IMG/VR virus record: IMGVR_UViG_3300028591_000019 | Span: 1-64,000 of that record | Length of the DNA: 64,000 nt | Direction: 5' to 3' (one strand) | Source of the DNA: a virus | Lineage: Duplodnaviria > Caudoviricetes | Shown: piece by piece, positions 48,541 to 60,461 of the stretch | Layout of the letters: each line of letters starts with the position of its first letter | How positions within the stretch are numbered: position 1 is the stretch's first letter | The notes under the pieces: generated by a model | Told to the model about the DNA's origin: nothing | Databases searched by the model: none | Seen by the model: the letters and a program-made list of their open reading frames with translations, nothing else | Program-made: the position numbers and the translations under genes

Positions 48541-51500
48541 ATGTCGGAAGCATATGACGCATTGTTTTGGATTTCGAGCGGTACGATGGGCATTCTGATG
48601 AGAGAGAAAACAGGAATCAAGGATAATCGGTACGATACGATAGATGATTTCCGCATCTTCGTTATCAAAGAAGCGCAGAAACTGGATACCCCCAACACAA
48701 AATCTTGGTTGGAACTATTCAACAGAATCGACTTTACGAAATATAAGAAAGGATGTGAATGATATGACATCTTACGATACAGAAATCAGATGCAGACTTT
48801 ATACGCTCCTCGACCGTTACGAGGAACTGGACGGACTTTTTACTTGGGAGTTCATGAACAAAATCGCAGATGAATTTAGGTGGAGCAAATGGGAAAGACT
48901 GGATATGAGCATTGATGATGCATTGGAAGAGTATGCGGATGACAATATAGATAAATGGATTCGCCAGTTGAAAGGTAACAACCTCTACAGGGTCAAGGTT
49001 GTGCTTGAGTTTGATGTTGAATCCGCAGACAAACTGGATACGGTTGTCAGCAACGTAAAGGAACTGTTCTACGATAAGTCGGTGGAAGATTACGGTGCGA
49101 TTAAGGATGCTCGTTTAGTGAATGCGGTTGGAAAGGAAGTGGATGAGTGATATGAAACTTGCTGAAAAATTCATACAGTTGCTTCTGAAGTGGAAGATTG
49201 TGGAGTTCGTACATGATGATGGCGAACTTTATTTTTGGGAAGAGGAGAAATAAATCATGGGATACTTCAAATGGAAGCCGAGCAAGGCACAAAAAGAAAT
49301 ATTCAAGAATAAGATGTGCGAGATAGAAAAGTTCTGTGAAGAAAACAATATCTCGCACTCTTCTTCTTATGACAGTTACTACTTTGAAATTAAAGGGCAA
49401 AAGTATCGTGTCAGTAATCATTCGCCAGAGAGCAGTCCCTACCATTGGGGAAGAGATGCCGACACACGTTATATCAACGCAAGCAAACTCCGCATCATTC
49501 AAATCTACATTGATTTGATGTATGGAAGCAAACTGGACGGGCATGGATATGTCATTGAATAAGAAAGGAGAATGAATATGGGCTATAAAATGTCTGACTT
49601 TCGTAAAATGTTTGCTGACAAAGTTTCGGAGTATCTCAACAGGGGATATATGTTTAACGAAAGAATTCGTAGTCTTGGCAATGAGGTTGTAAAGGTTGAT
49701 TTGTTTAAAGGAAACGAATGCGTTCGCGTTGCCATTTTCCGTGAACACGAAAGCAATTGGAAGTCAAGCAACAGATATGACTGGTGGACGCTTGAACACG
49801 TTTCAATCGTTGTAGGGAAATATAATGACCCGACAGGATGGAACGATAGGCTTGAAATTGTAGAGAGAAAGGATTTCTATAGCAAGGGCGAACTAAATGA
49901 TGGGTATTTTGTTGACAATAAAGATGAAGCAATCGAAATGTGCAGGAAACATTTCAGAAGACTTGATGCAAGGCATTTCCATGCGGAAAAAATAATATAT
50001 TCTGAAGATGTTAAGTCGATTGTGCTTCCGTTCGTCCGCAGACAGCCTAGGTGTGGCAGAAAGAAAGTCGAGGACATTGCTTCCGTTACGAAGTGTTCTA
50101 TCGATGAATACAACAGGTATATGTATTACAATGTCAGGCTTCATGACGGTAAAAACTTTCAGCTTATAGCTAGATGTAATTGATTAGATGGGGGTGAAAT
50201 TAAATGACGCTGTTTGAACTTTCAAAAGACCAAGTAAAGGAACTGCGTGAAGATTATCTCACACAGCATTTCAACAGCTTGTCGGAAACGGTCGATGACG
50301 TCACGGATGAGATGCTTATCGAGGAATATGGAAGCACAGACTTCTCCAACGATGACTTCATGGCAAAGCCGAGAGAATGTGCTGACAACTATGAGGTGGC
50401 TGTCGATTTTGAAGAAACAGAATGGTGTGGCAATTGTGACCACGAGGTTACGTTGCATTGGGATATCCGTGAGAATGGCTTCCGTGCATACTGCCCTTAC
50501 TGTGGAAAGAGGTTAATGCTTTGCGATGCTTGTATGCATCGTTTTGGGGATATGCATGACAACTGGCAATCATGCAAGAACTGTCTGTTCAAGAATAAAG
50601 GATTTGCCAAAGATGATGTGTATGTATGGAACAAAAAATAATTTTCATCTTGGTGTAGTAATCCTCAGATTTGTGACTCTGTATACAGCGAAAGGATAGT
50701 GATACAGAATGAAAAATCATGGTCGGTTTCCAATTTGGTTTACTGGAACTCGCAGAACACACTGGAGAGTAGTTTGGCAAAAAGAAGACGGCACATGCTG
50801 GTGCAAATGGTACGGGCAGTTGATTGAAATAAACTGGGGTATTGCAATGTTCCGTACTGTTGAAAAGTATTAAAGGATGGTGATGTGAATGCCGAGAAAG
50901 AAAAAGACTGAGCCGAAGCAGACCGTCACGCATTCCAAGATGCGAACGCTTAACGAAATACTGGATGAGTTGGAAACATACAGGGCGAAATACGGAAATC
51001 GTCCTGTTGTTTCTTTCGGGGAAACAATGGGCGAATACAACGGAAAAACAAATCCTCATGTACTGCACGTTCGTGTAAGTGCGGATGAATGCAAGCCGAT
51101 TTACTTCGCTTCTACAAACGACAAAGTTAGAAAGGTGGTCGATTAATAATGGGTGCAATTATGGCGTATATTTTCCTGTTCGTGTTGGGGCTTCTGCTTT
51201 CATAAATAATGGGGTGCGAAACAATGGTCAAGATAGAACGAAAGAAAAAGACAAAAGAGTTTTATTGGGTGAATCGTGATGAAGGAACATTTTGTATGGA
51301 CGGAGAAGTACACAACTTATCCGAGTACGATTTGAATGAAGTGTTCCGAGGTTCTTGTTTAAATGATGGGGTTCTGGAGAAGCACTTCCGTGTTATTCAA
51401 CTGATGCGTGACATCGATGCGGATTGCTACTACACAAAGTACATGGACTTCACGAGTCCAGAAAAGGATTCACAATGTATCCAGTACAGATTCCTGTGCG

Positions 51501-52572
51501 GTAACGTCTTCGCATTGCACACAACAAAAGAATGCAAGCGGTTTTCCGAATTGCTTTCTCTTGTAGATGATTTCTGTGTGTGCGCTCCGCTTGAAGAGGA
51601 ACGTGCGAAAGAACATGGTAATCATATCCTATGTGTAGCATTCAGTATCAACAATGTATGGAAGAAAAGTAACCTTGACTACATCCGACAAGAGAGGAAG
51701 GAATACAAAGGCAATGACAAAGGCAGATATGATTAAGGTCAAGCGTCACGGAAAGCTTCTCGCAATCGATACGGTATGCGGATGGCAGTACTGGGAATAC
51801 GATGGCGCATTGTACTCTATCAATTCCGATGGCAATCCAGAACGGATGAGCATCTGGTGTTCGATGAGCAGACTGGATGGTCATCTGCATAGGCTGTGGA
51901 GAATCTGTGGGAAAAAGAAATTCACAGAATGTGATGATATGGTAATCGTAGACAAAGAAAGAATGTCCCAGTTCAGTTGGGCATAAGAGAAAGGAGAAAA
52001 ATAATATGGCAAAGCGTGGATTTAAAGATATATGTGACAAGTTGCAGAAAGCGCATAACATTCTTCTGGAAATTCTTGATGATGTGCAGGAGAAGCGTGA
52101 CGCAATCGATGACAAGACGATGGAGTACGACAGGGATTATACGGATGCAGAGCAGGAAGCAATGGATGCTCTTGATGAAATCGAATCAAGTGTTGATGAT
52201 GCTGTCACTTCTATCGAAGAAGCGATGGACGCTTGCGGATATTGAAAGGAGAATAATTCTATGGATAAGCAATACGATGTAAAGATTTTGCTCACAAAAG
52301 AAGATGGTTCGACATATGATTACGATGCAACGGTAGAGTTTAGCCACGAGGACAACGACTACGGCAACGGCTATCATATGGGTATTCGGTCGAAAGATGA
52401 GCCGTTCGGATTCGGCGTGTATGACATCAGATATGATGTCGAGTTCAGAAAAGACCAAATCCTTGAATGGTTAATGGGTTGGTACGAGAGCAGATTCAAT
52501 GGCAAGGGCGGAAGATGGGCAATCAAACGCTTCTCTATTGAAGTTAACGGCAATGTGAAAGAAGGGGCGTGA
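48541..52572 (+). other. Run of ~12 small hypothetical genes (end of motif-bearing block)
   Basis: ORFs include 48541-48762, 48773-49150, 49257-49562, 49572-50183, 50204-50641 (CxxC pairs), 50889-51146, 51224-51736, 52006-52245 and 52261-52572. Confidence 0.7.
50654..50680 (+). promoter_or_regulatory. Repeat motif copy 10
   Basis: TGTAGTAA-tcctcagattt-GTGACTCT. Confidence 0.8.
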
Positions 52573-52598
52573 TTAGCATGGTGGCTAGAATTTAAACA

Positions 52599-52627
52599 AT
52601 GCTTGATATCTGTCAAGCATATTTTTT
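52599..52627 (+). terminator. Intrinsic terminator closing the motif-bearing block
   Basis: ATGCTTGA-tatctg-TCAAGCAT followed by ATTTTTT. Confidence 0.65.
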
Positions 52628-52650
52628 ACCCTATAATAAGACGTATAGTC

Positions 52651-52679
52651 TTGACGCATACATCACTATATGCTACAAT
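52651..52679 (+). promoter_or_regulatory. SigA-type promoter for the 52.7-60.1 kb gene run
   Basis: TTGACG-N17-(TG-c)TACAAT. Confidence 0.75.
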
Positions 52680-53163
52680 GTTATTAACGAACTAATTAGA
52701 AAGGACGGTCAAGCATAAATGTTCAAACGGTTTACTAAGGTAAGCAATCGAACGAAGAAATACGCTGTCGATGGCGGTACATACAGATGGTTGGAGATTG
52801 TGGACTTCCTCGCAAAGCTTGAGAACGCAATCGAGGATGGAAGATTGGTTCTTCCGAAAGATGTAGAGGACGAATTGTATGGGAACGAAGAGTAAGACGC
52901 TCCAGATGTTTCCGATGAAAGCATTCAGAAAGAATGTAGTCACAAAAACATACCAGTTCGTTGTTACAAGGGAAACAGATTTCAATGAGGAAGCATGGGA
53001 ACTGATTTATGTAGATGCGGAGAGCCTTGATGTTGCCAAGATAAAGGCAAAAGAACAGGCAGAATCATACGGATACACTTGCGAACCAGATTTCGTAAAG
53101 ATTGTAAGGGATGCAACACCAGACGAATAGAGAAAAGACATATTGTTTTGGGGGTGAAAAACA

Positions 53164-54132
53164 ATGTTGGATGCGAAACTTTTGAAAGCAAGAGATACCT
53201 ACCTCAAGAATTGCAGGACAAACGAGATGTCCGAAGGAACGGTAGAAAATTACAACCGTGTTCTCCGTCAGTACATGGATAGCATGGAAAGGAATGGACA
53301 CACAGAACCTACGATTCAATCCGTTGCGGATTGGAAGTTCGAGTTGATGGATGAGAACTCTCCGTATCATGTCAAGGTAACAACCGCTTCTGGATATATC
53401 AATATGCTGTCGGCATTCTTCGACTGGGCAAAAGCGATGGAACTCCTTGAAAAGAATCCTGTCCTGCCCACGCTTAAGCCGTCAAGGAAAGCGGTACGGA
53501 ATGAGATGAAAAGACCGTATGAACATCCGATGGATGAGATTGATTACGCACACATCGTGTACGGTGAAAGACCGAATCATGCAAAAGGAGAAACTTGGAA
53601 GCGCAACAAAGCAATGTACACAGTTCTCCTTACGACAGCGATTCGTAACAGCGAACTCCGCAGTCTCACGCTTGACGATGTCAACTTCGATGACGGATAC
53701 ATTACGATTCGTCACGGCAAAGGAGATAAGATGCGGTATGTTGCGTTCCCGAAAGTCGCACAGGATGCCGTGCAGGAATACTTGGACGATGGATACAGAC
53801 CCAAAGATATCCCGACCTCTGCCCCGCTCTTCGGTTCTAAAGGAAACCGTTTCGCAGACGGATGGCACGAAATCGACAGGCACACATTGTCTCAGCTTGT
53901 CGAGCGTCAAGTGCAGAGAATGACGGGCAAGGATGGAATCCGTTCTCACGCACTCCGTCATGCATCCGCTTCCATTATGTTGGACAAGAATATGTCGATG
54001 GAAGAAATTTCCTCTCTGCTTGGGCATGAAAGCGTAGCAACGACTGCCCTGTATGCCCAGAGACTTCGTCCGACTCTGCCGAGCGAACACGCAAACGATG
54101 TGTTCGGGTCTATCAAGCCTGTCGGTGCATAA
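53164..54132 (+). CDS. XerC/XerD-like tyrosine recombinase (second recombinase)
   Basis: RNKAMYTVLLTTAIRNSELRSL, HGKGDKMR, SHALRHASA, LLGHESVATTALY; the full R-K-H-R-H-Y catalytic set is present. Confidence 0.92.
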   Translation: MLDAKLLKARDTYLKNCRTNEMSEGTVENYNRVLRQYMDSMERNGHTEPTIQSVADWKFELMDENSPYHVKVTTASGYINMLSAFFDWAKAMELLEKNPVLPTLKPSRKAVRNEMKRPYEHPMDEIDYAHIVYGERPNHAKGETWKRNKAMYTVLLTTAIRNSELRSLTLDDVNFDDGYITIRHGKGDKMRYVAFPKVAQDAVQEYLDDGYRPKDIPTSAPLFGSKGNRFADGWHEIDRHTLSQLVERQVQRMTGKDGIRSHALRHASASIMLDKNMSMEEISSLLGHESVATTALYAQRLRPTLPSEHANDVFGSIKPVGA

Positions 54133-55488
54133 CTAAAGCAAGGCTTAATAACGGGATGCTTTCGCAACCGCAATTAAAGAATGCGTCCCCAAATTTAAAT
54201 AAAGAAAGGAAGTGTTAGAAATGTTAGTTAAGGATTTTGTAGCAATGGATAAGTTTGGTTCTCTCTTCCAAGTTGTTGACGCAACACGAACAGGGTATGT
54301 GAGTTACCCCGACCAATGCACCCTCATAACAGGAGACAGGAATGTCGTTTGTAAAGAGTTTGGCGAACACGAAGTCGTAGGAGTAGCTCCTAAAAGCAGA
54401 CGCGCTTTACTGATTTTCATCAAGTAATATGGAAAGGATGGTACACCACAATGGGAAGATACTTCAAGACATTCCAGACGCAGAAAGAAAGAACAAAATG
54501 GATAAGAGAGATGCAGAAAGAGAATCCGAAGTTCTGTGTCTGTTTCTGCGAACCTACAAACAGTTCCGATAAGAAACTCTTTGAAGCAAGCGGTGTCGAT
54601 ACAAACATTATGAAGTACGCTTGCATTTATACATTCGACCATAACGTAGAAAGGGCGGTGTGATTATGGCTATCGATAAAAATGTAATGGGGATGTCACT
54701 CCAGATGAACGAGGAGTTCATCACAAATCTTGCAAAGCAGATGGTAAGCGAAAGTATTATGGAAACTCTCGGCGGTGGGAACAAGTTTGTCGAGACAATT
54801 GTTGGTGAAATCCTTAAAACAAAAGTTGACCCAAAGAGTGGGAAAGTATCAACTTACTCTGATTCTATACCATACATTCAATGGCTCATCAACAAAGTCA
54901 TTCGAGATGAACTCGAAGGAACTGTGCAGGAAATCCTTGATGAGAATCGCCCAGAGATTCGTAAAAGAATCAAGAAGGAACTTATGAAGGAAAAGACAAT
55001 TAATGATTGTTTCAATGCCTTTGCCGAAAGCGTAACAAATTCTATCAGTTCCGTTTGGAGAACGCAGATTGACGTTACGTTCCTTCATAGTAATAACGAA
55101 TAAGGAAAGGATGTGTGTCTAAGAATGTCCACGAATACATTTGACCGCAAGCTTGAAATAACAGACCCAGAATCAGTCAAGAAACTTACCGAGATTATGG
55201 ATGGCGAACCGCATCAGATAGTAACTCGAACGGATAATCCGATGGTTACGCTTCCACTACCAGATGCACCAGATGACGCTTATTTGACATTTGATTGCAC
55301 CGTACAGGTACAAGACAATGTGGAAGAACTTCTAAAAGAGCGTAAAGAACTCCGTGACTTCGTTATATGGGTAGCCGATGAAATCTTCGATGAATACTTC
55401 GAGGACAATGCAGGAGCATTCTCCGAGATAGCGTGTCGCAAATTGTACAAACTTGGAATCGTTAAGAGAGATAAGGAGATATGGATAT

Positions 55489-55767
55489 ATGAACACAGCG
55501 AAGTTGCACAAGATTAAACTCAGAGAAGAGTTCGCAGACGCTGTTCTGTACGGAGATAAAACATTTGAAGTTCGTGAGAACGACAGAGGTTATCAGAAAG
55601 ATGACCTCGTTCAGTTTGACGTAATCGATAAGTATTATCATGAGTCTGTTTCTCATCCGCTTATGAAAGAAACATATCGCATTACCTATGTCTTGAACGG
55701 ATGGGGAATCGAACCGAAGTTTGTGGTGTTCAGCATCAAGAATGTGAGGGATGAATTCAATGAGTGA
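55489..55767 (+). CDS. DUF3850/ASCH-domain protein
   Basis: LHKIKLREEFADAVLYGDKTFEVRENDRGYQKDD...ITYVL. Confidence 0.8.
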   Translation: MNTAKLHKIKLREEFADAVLYGDKTFEVRENDRGYQKDDLVQFDVIDKYYHESVSHPLMKETYRITYVLNGWGIEPKFVVFSIKNVRDEFNE

Positions 55768-56208
55768 TTGCATGACGCAGGAAGATGCGATGAACATGAA
55801 TAATGAACAAGCTATACAGATACTAAAGCCGATGCAAATGATGATGCGTGACCAACACGGATGCCCTATAAGCGATGCGTATTTTGCGTTGGGAAAGGCG
55901 TTGGAAGCGTTGGAAGCGTTTGGTAAAGAACCCAAATGGATACCCGTTAAGTTCCGACCGATGGATAAAGAAGAAAAGCAATATTGGGAAGAGCATTATT
56001 CGATGAAGAAGATTCCGTCACGTTCGATTGTCCCATGCCAGAAGGCGGGCAGGAAGTGTGGGTATGCTCCAAATGCGGGAACGTATGGCAGGATACTTGC
56101 CAATGGGATGATGGCGGTCTTTATCTCGAAAGCAACGGAGATTGGGAAGATATCGTTGCATGGATGCCGTTTGAAAAACCGAAGCCGTGGAAAGGGGAAG
56201 AGGAGTGA
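55760..56208 (+). pseudogene. Frameshifted DUF551-like gene
   Basis: The 5' frame (KWIPVKFRPMDKEEKQYWEEHY) and the 3' frame (FDEEDSVTFDCPMP...DIVAWMPF) are offset near 55990-56000. Confidence 0.55.
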
Positions 56209-58081
56209 TAGCATTAGCGTTTTGGGTCATCGGATGGGCAGGGGCTTTCCTGCTCCTTCCGATAGGTCAATGGATTAGCTACAAAAGAGATTGTAAAAAG
56301 CATGGGAAAGAACAAGCTGATGAGATTTGGAGAAGGACGAGGTGAAGAAGATGCGTGAATATGTAAGGGTTTATTGTTGCGGAGATTGTATCCATTATAA
56401 CTGGAAGAAGCATAAATGCAATCTGGGGGCGAGCGAAGAGGGCGATGCAAAAGACCATTTCTATCGTGACTGCCCGTTAGGAATTTGTACGGAAGAAGAA
56501 AGAGAGAGCAGACGATGAGCATTCTGATTAAGGGAATGGAGATGCCGAAGAGTTGCCACGAATGTCCGTTGTTGTATGTGACGAGCATTTGTGATGGGTC
56601 AAAGGATTGCCCGTTGCAACCGCTTGTGAGGTGTGAAAACTGCAATGAAGAAATGCAGGAAGTAGCTAATAAAGACGCTTTTTATGGAGAAGCGTTAAAT
56701 GATTAAGGAGAAGGAACATACATGAGCATATTAATTAAGGGTATGAATATGCCGAAGAGTTGTTATGATTGTCCGCTTGCGATGCAAGATTACACCACTT
56801 TGTTTGGGAATAATTTTAAGCAGACAAGAAACAGTTATGCGTGTGTACTAACACACAAGGTAATAACAAGCACGAAGCGCAATCGATTCTGCCCTCTCAT
56901 CATCGTCCCATCGCATGGGAAGTTGATTGATGTGGATAAAGTGTTAGACGAACTTTCGCATAAGCTAGGCATACGAAGTCTCGACTATCTGACTCCAAGT
57001 GAACGGGCTATTGTCAGTTGGTTTCGTACCGCTCCCACAATTATAGAAGCGGAGGAGGGCGAGACATGAAAGACAATGAAATCTTTGCCCGTATTGCAAG
57101 AGATGTCGCAGATGTCGGGAACAGTATGTTTGGCGTAAGAGACCTAACAATCTGGATGACAAAAGATTTGTTCAATCGGCTTGTCTCGGAACAGTTTGTT
57201 CTCCAAAAAGACAGCGCAATGATAACGCTTTTTGGTTGCAAAGTTAAAGTTGTGCTTTTTCCTTGTGCTGGTATGCGATGGATAGTCGGCTACGAGGGGA
57301 AAGCAGAGGAGGACGAATGATGAGAACAATGTGCGGTAGTCCTTGCTTACACTACGATTGCTCCAACAGAAACATCTTTGGCTATTGCAAAACAACGGTG
57401 TGCATCAATAAACACTACTATCAAGAGGAGCTGTGGGATTTGTCGTCAACAACAAACAAAACCGAGAATGTGATTATAAAACAGCCGACCAACGCTGACC
57501 GCATACGGGCTATGAGCGACGAGGAATTGGCAGAGTGGATTAACAAGCACGATTGTCATACGAACCTTTACGGATATGACACTAAAGAAGCTATACTCGA
57601 CTGGCTGAAACAGGAGGTTTCAGATGAAAAGTGCATGGATGTATGACGGATATACCAAGATTAAAGTCGGAACAGGTAGACATACAAGAATGGTTGAAAA
57701 GCACATCTACAAATGTCTGCATTGTGGGTGGAATGTAAGAACAGAACGCACAGAAAAACCACCGCAATACTGCCCAAATTGCCAGAGCGATATGAGAGGT
57801 GAAGCGAATGAGGGAAAAGCTATACAAGGCTTCAGATATTATCGGCATTTTAGCGGAAGAGGTAACGGATGCTGAATTATTAAGAGTCATAAAACGGCTG
57901 TCTAATATTCCATCTGCCGTGGTAAGGTGCGAGGATTGCAAACACTTTGACCTTGACCACTTTGAGAACGTAAGAGGTATACCGCTTATCGTGGCACACG
58001 AAATTTGTAACAGATGGGGTAACGGATGCAAGACGGATTCAAACGGCTTCTGTTTCTTAGGTGATAGGGGGAGCGATTAAT

Positions 58082-58417
58082 ATGAGTGAACTAAAACCTT
58101 GCCCATTTTGCGGTGGAGTTGGGAAGGTCAGTTTCAAAGACTATAAGTTTTATGGTCGAAACGGTTTTGGCGATAAGAAAATTAAATATCGAATACAAGT
58201 CATATGTAACAGGTGTCATTCAAGAGGAAAACCAATTATAACAGATTGGTTAATCAATCCCAATCCGTATATAAGCAAATGGGGGAACTGCGGAGATGGA
58301 ACATCACAAGAAGGTTCAAAGCAGACATCTATGTTTAAGCCATATGTCGAGCAAGCAATCGAAGCATGGAACAGGAGAGCGAACGATGAAATACTTGGTT
58401 GTAACGAAAAACTATAA
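58082..58417 (+). CDS. Lar-family (restriction alleviation) zinc-finger protein
   Basis: MSELKPCPFCGG...ICNRC...AIEAWNRR. Confidence 0.75.
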   Translation: MSELKPCPFCGGVGKVSFKDYKFYGRNGFGDKKIKYRIQVICNRCHSRGKPIITDWLINPNPYISKWGNCGDGTSQEGSKQTSMFKPYVEQAIEAWNRRANDEILGCNEKL

Positions 58418-59305
58418 TAAAGAGCTGTTTTCGGCAATAGATATAGACGATTTGCTGTTGTTTTTAGCACAGTATTTCGGGAATGATAAACGTAAACCAG
58501 TTCTGCGATGTGGAATTAATGGTTGCAACACGATTGATGAAAAGGTCGAAATGTATAATGCGCTTACTTACTTTGACGATGATAAGATAAAGCAGATTTA
58601 TGAAATAGGAGAACATATATATGGAGAAGCGAATGATGGATAAATACGAAAAGATTGTATGGGCATTGCGTGAATGCTGTGGTGATGGAAGCGATGAAGC
58701 CCAGTTTTGCGACTGCGATTCGTGTCCGTATAAAGAGTATATCGAGGAACATGATTGCTACACCGATTATACAAAATGCGGAGACAAGGTTGGCAGAGAT
58801 GCCGCCGATGCAATCGAAGAACTTGTGCAACTTTGTGCAAACTTGCACGAAGAACTTGTGCAAACTCGCACAAACCTTACACTTATGGACGGATGTGATT
58901 GCTTGGATGGCGTTGCCAATGCCGTGGAACAAGAAAGGAGGCTCTGAATGATACATCATTATCTGACAACATATTATGAAGATGGGAAACGGTATGCTGA
59001 AGCTTGGATGCAGTTCAATATCTTCGGTCTGTGCTTTTGTTTCTCTAAGAGAAGAAAGGAAATATGAGCGATGCAGACGAATGAAGCAATTGACGTTCTG
59101 CGGGAGCATGAAGGGAAATGGTTGATGGCTACAGAGATGGCTATCTCCGCATTGGAGAGAAATGTCCCAAAGAAACCTGTGGAAACGAAGAAATATGCCG
59201 ACCTGTATCTTGGGTTCTGCCCAATCTGTATGGATGGTAGCAATTCTAAGTTTAACTATTGTTGTAAATGCGGACAAAGATTGGATTGGGGAGAGGGGAA
59301 TCAAG

Positions 59306-59491
59306 ATGTATAGAGAAGAAATGAAGCCTTGTCCTTTCTGCGGTGGGAAACCAGAACTCATACCGCTTCTTGCTAATGAATGTTTTATCAAATGCAAGAA
59401 GTGCAAGATAGAACAGGGTAACATATATCACAGTAAGAAATCCGCTATAACAGCATGGAACAGGAGAAAATCAGATGGCGATGTGCAGTAA
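59306..59491 (+). CDS. Lar-family zinc-finger protein (second copy)
   Basis: EMKPCPFCGGKP...IKCKKC...AITAWNRR. Confidence 0.75.
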   Translation: MYREEMKPCPFCGGKPELIPLLANECFIKCKKCKIEQGNIYHSKKSAITAWNRRKSDGDVQ

Positions 59492-60271
59492 AGAAGAACC
59501 CTGTGTCGCAAAGACGAACTGGGGATACTGTAGGCTGAAGGGAACACGGATAGAACGCAACACAAAGGAGATAGAGATGGCGAAAGGGAAATACAAAGTC
59601 AAGTTTGCTTGGAAAAAGTTTGAGCATCAGTTCCTTATTGTTCCGACAATCGGAATAATTACCTATAATCAAGCCGAATGGGATTGGTACGAATACATCC
59701 CATCCTTTGCAGTATCTTTTGCGTGGCTGTGCTTTGGATTCAAGATAGAACTGGATGCATTGTCGGCATTCGCAGACGGTCTTCCCTGTCACCGCAGAGA
59801 AACCATGCTGAACGTAGAAGTTAAGAACTGAAACATGAAAAAAAGGAGTATAAATATATGAAACAGTTTCTTGCAGAGCATCTTTCAACGTGGGCGGGTA
59901 TGTTTTGCCTTGCTATGTACATTTTCAAGAACAATATCTGGTGGGCAATCGGCTTCATTGCAATGTTCCTTGTCAATACATTCTTCCGTCTGTATAAACA
60001 CGCCCAGTTCACCGTATTCACACAGAAACAGCGTGAAGAGTTCGAGCGAGAGTGTGCGGCTTCTTCCGCACGGCAAATGACAGGCAAATAACAGTCAAGT
60101 AAACTGGGCTTAATAAAGATTTCTAAGCTATTTAATATATTCATGCGTAAAGTTATAGGTCTAAGCAGTTAAAACGCATGAGAAATCTTAATAAGGAGAA
60201 TATGCACTGGTCAAGAAGATGTTCACCCCGTGTTTTTCTTTTGTACGGAAACGTGTAGTCAAATAGCCGTC

Positions 60272-60310
60272 AAATAAAACAAGAGACGCTATGCAAAAAC
60301 ATAACGTCTC
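60272..60310 (-). terminator. Intrinsic terminator ending the tail-fibre run
   Basis: GAGACG-c-TATG...CATA-a-CGTCTC, with an A-rich left flank giving a U-tract on the minus strand. Confidence 0.65.
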
Positions 60311-60461
60311 CTAAGATTATATCAGCACGTGGCTGTATAATAACTGCCAATTGCCTGTCTATACGTCCTAGGATGTCATATAGATAACGGGACTTACTGT
60401 TGGCATACTTGTTTCTTCGTAATGATTATAACGGGTTCGCCGTCATCGCTCAAGAAAACGC

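Larger units (their letters stand above)
54212..60091 (+). other. Cluster of ~22 small accessory genes (ASCH, DUF551-like, Lar-like zinc fingers, hypotheticals)
   Basis: Tightly coupled plus-strand ORFs. Confidence 0.75.

Noticed and set aside
39445-50680. CRISPR array or integron attC array
   Set aside because: Spacing is 300-3400 bp with genes in between, the internal 11 nt vary, and the motif is not a long palindrome. A promoter reading fits better; recombination use is kept only as an alternative.
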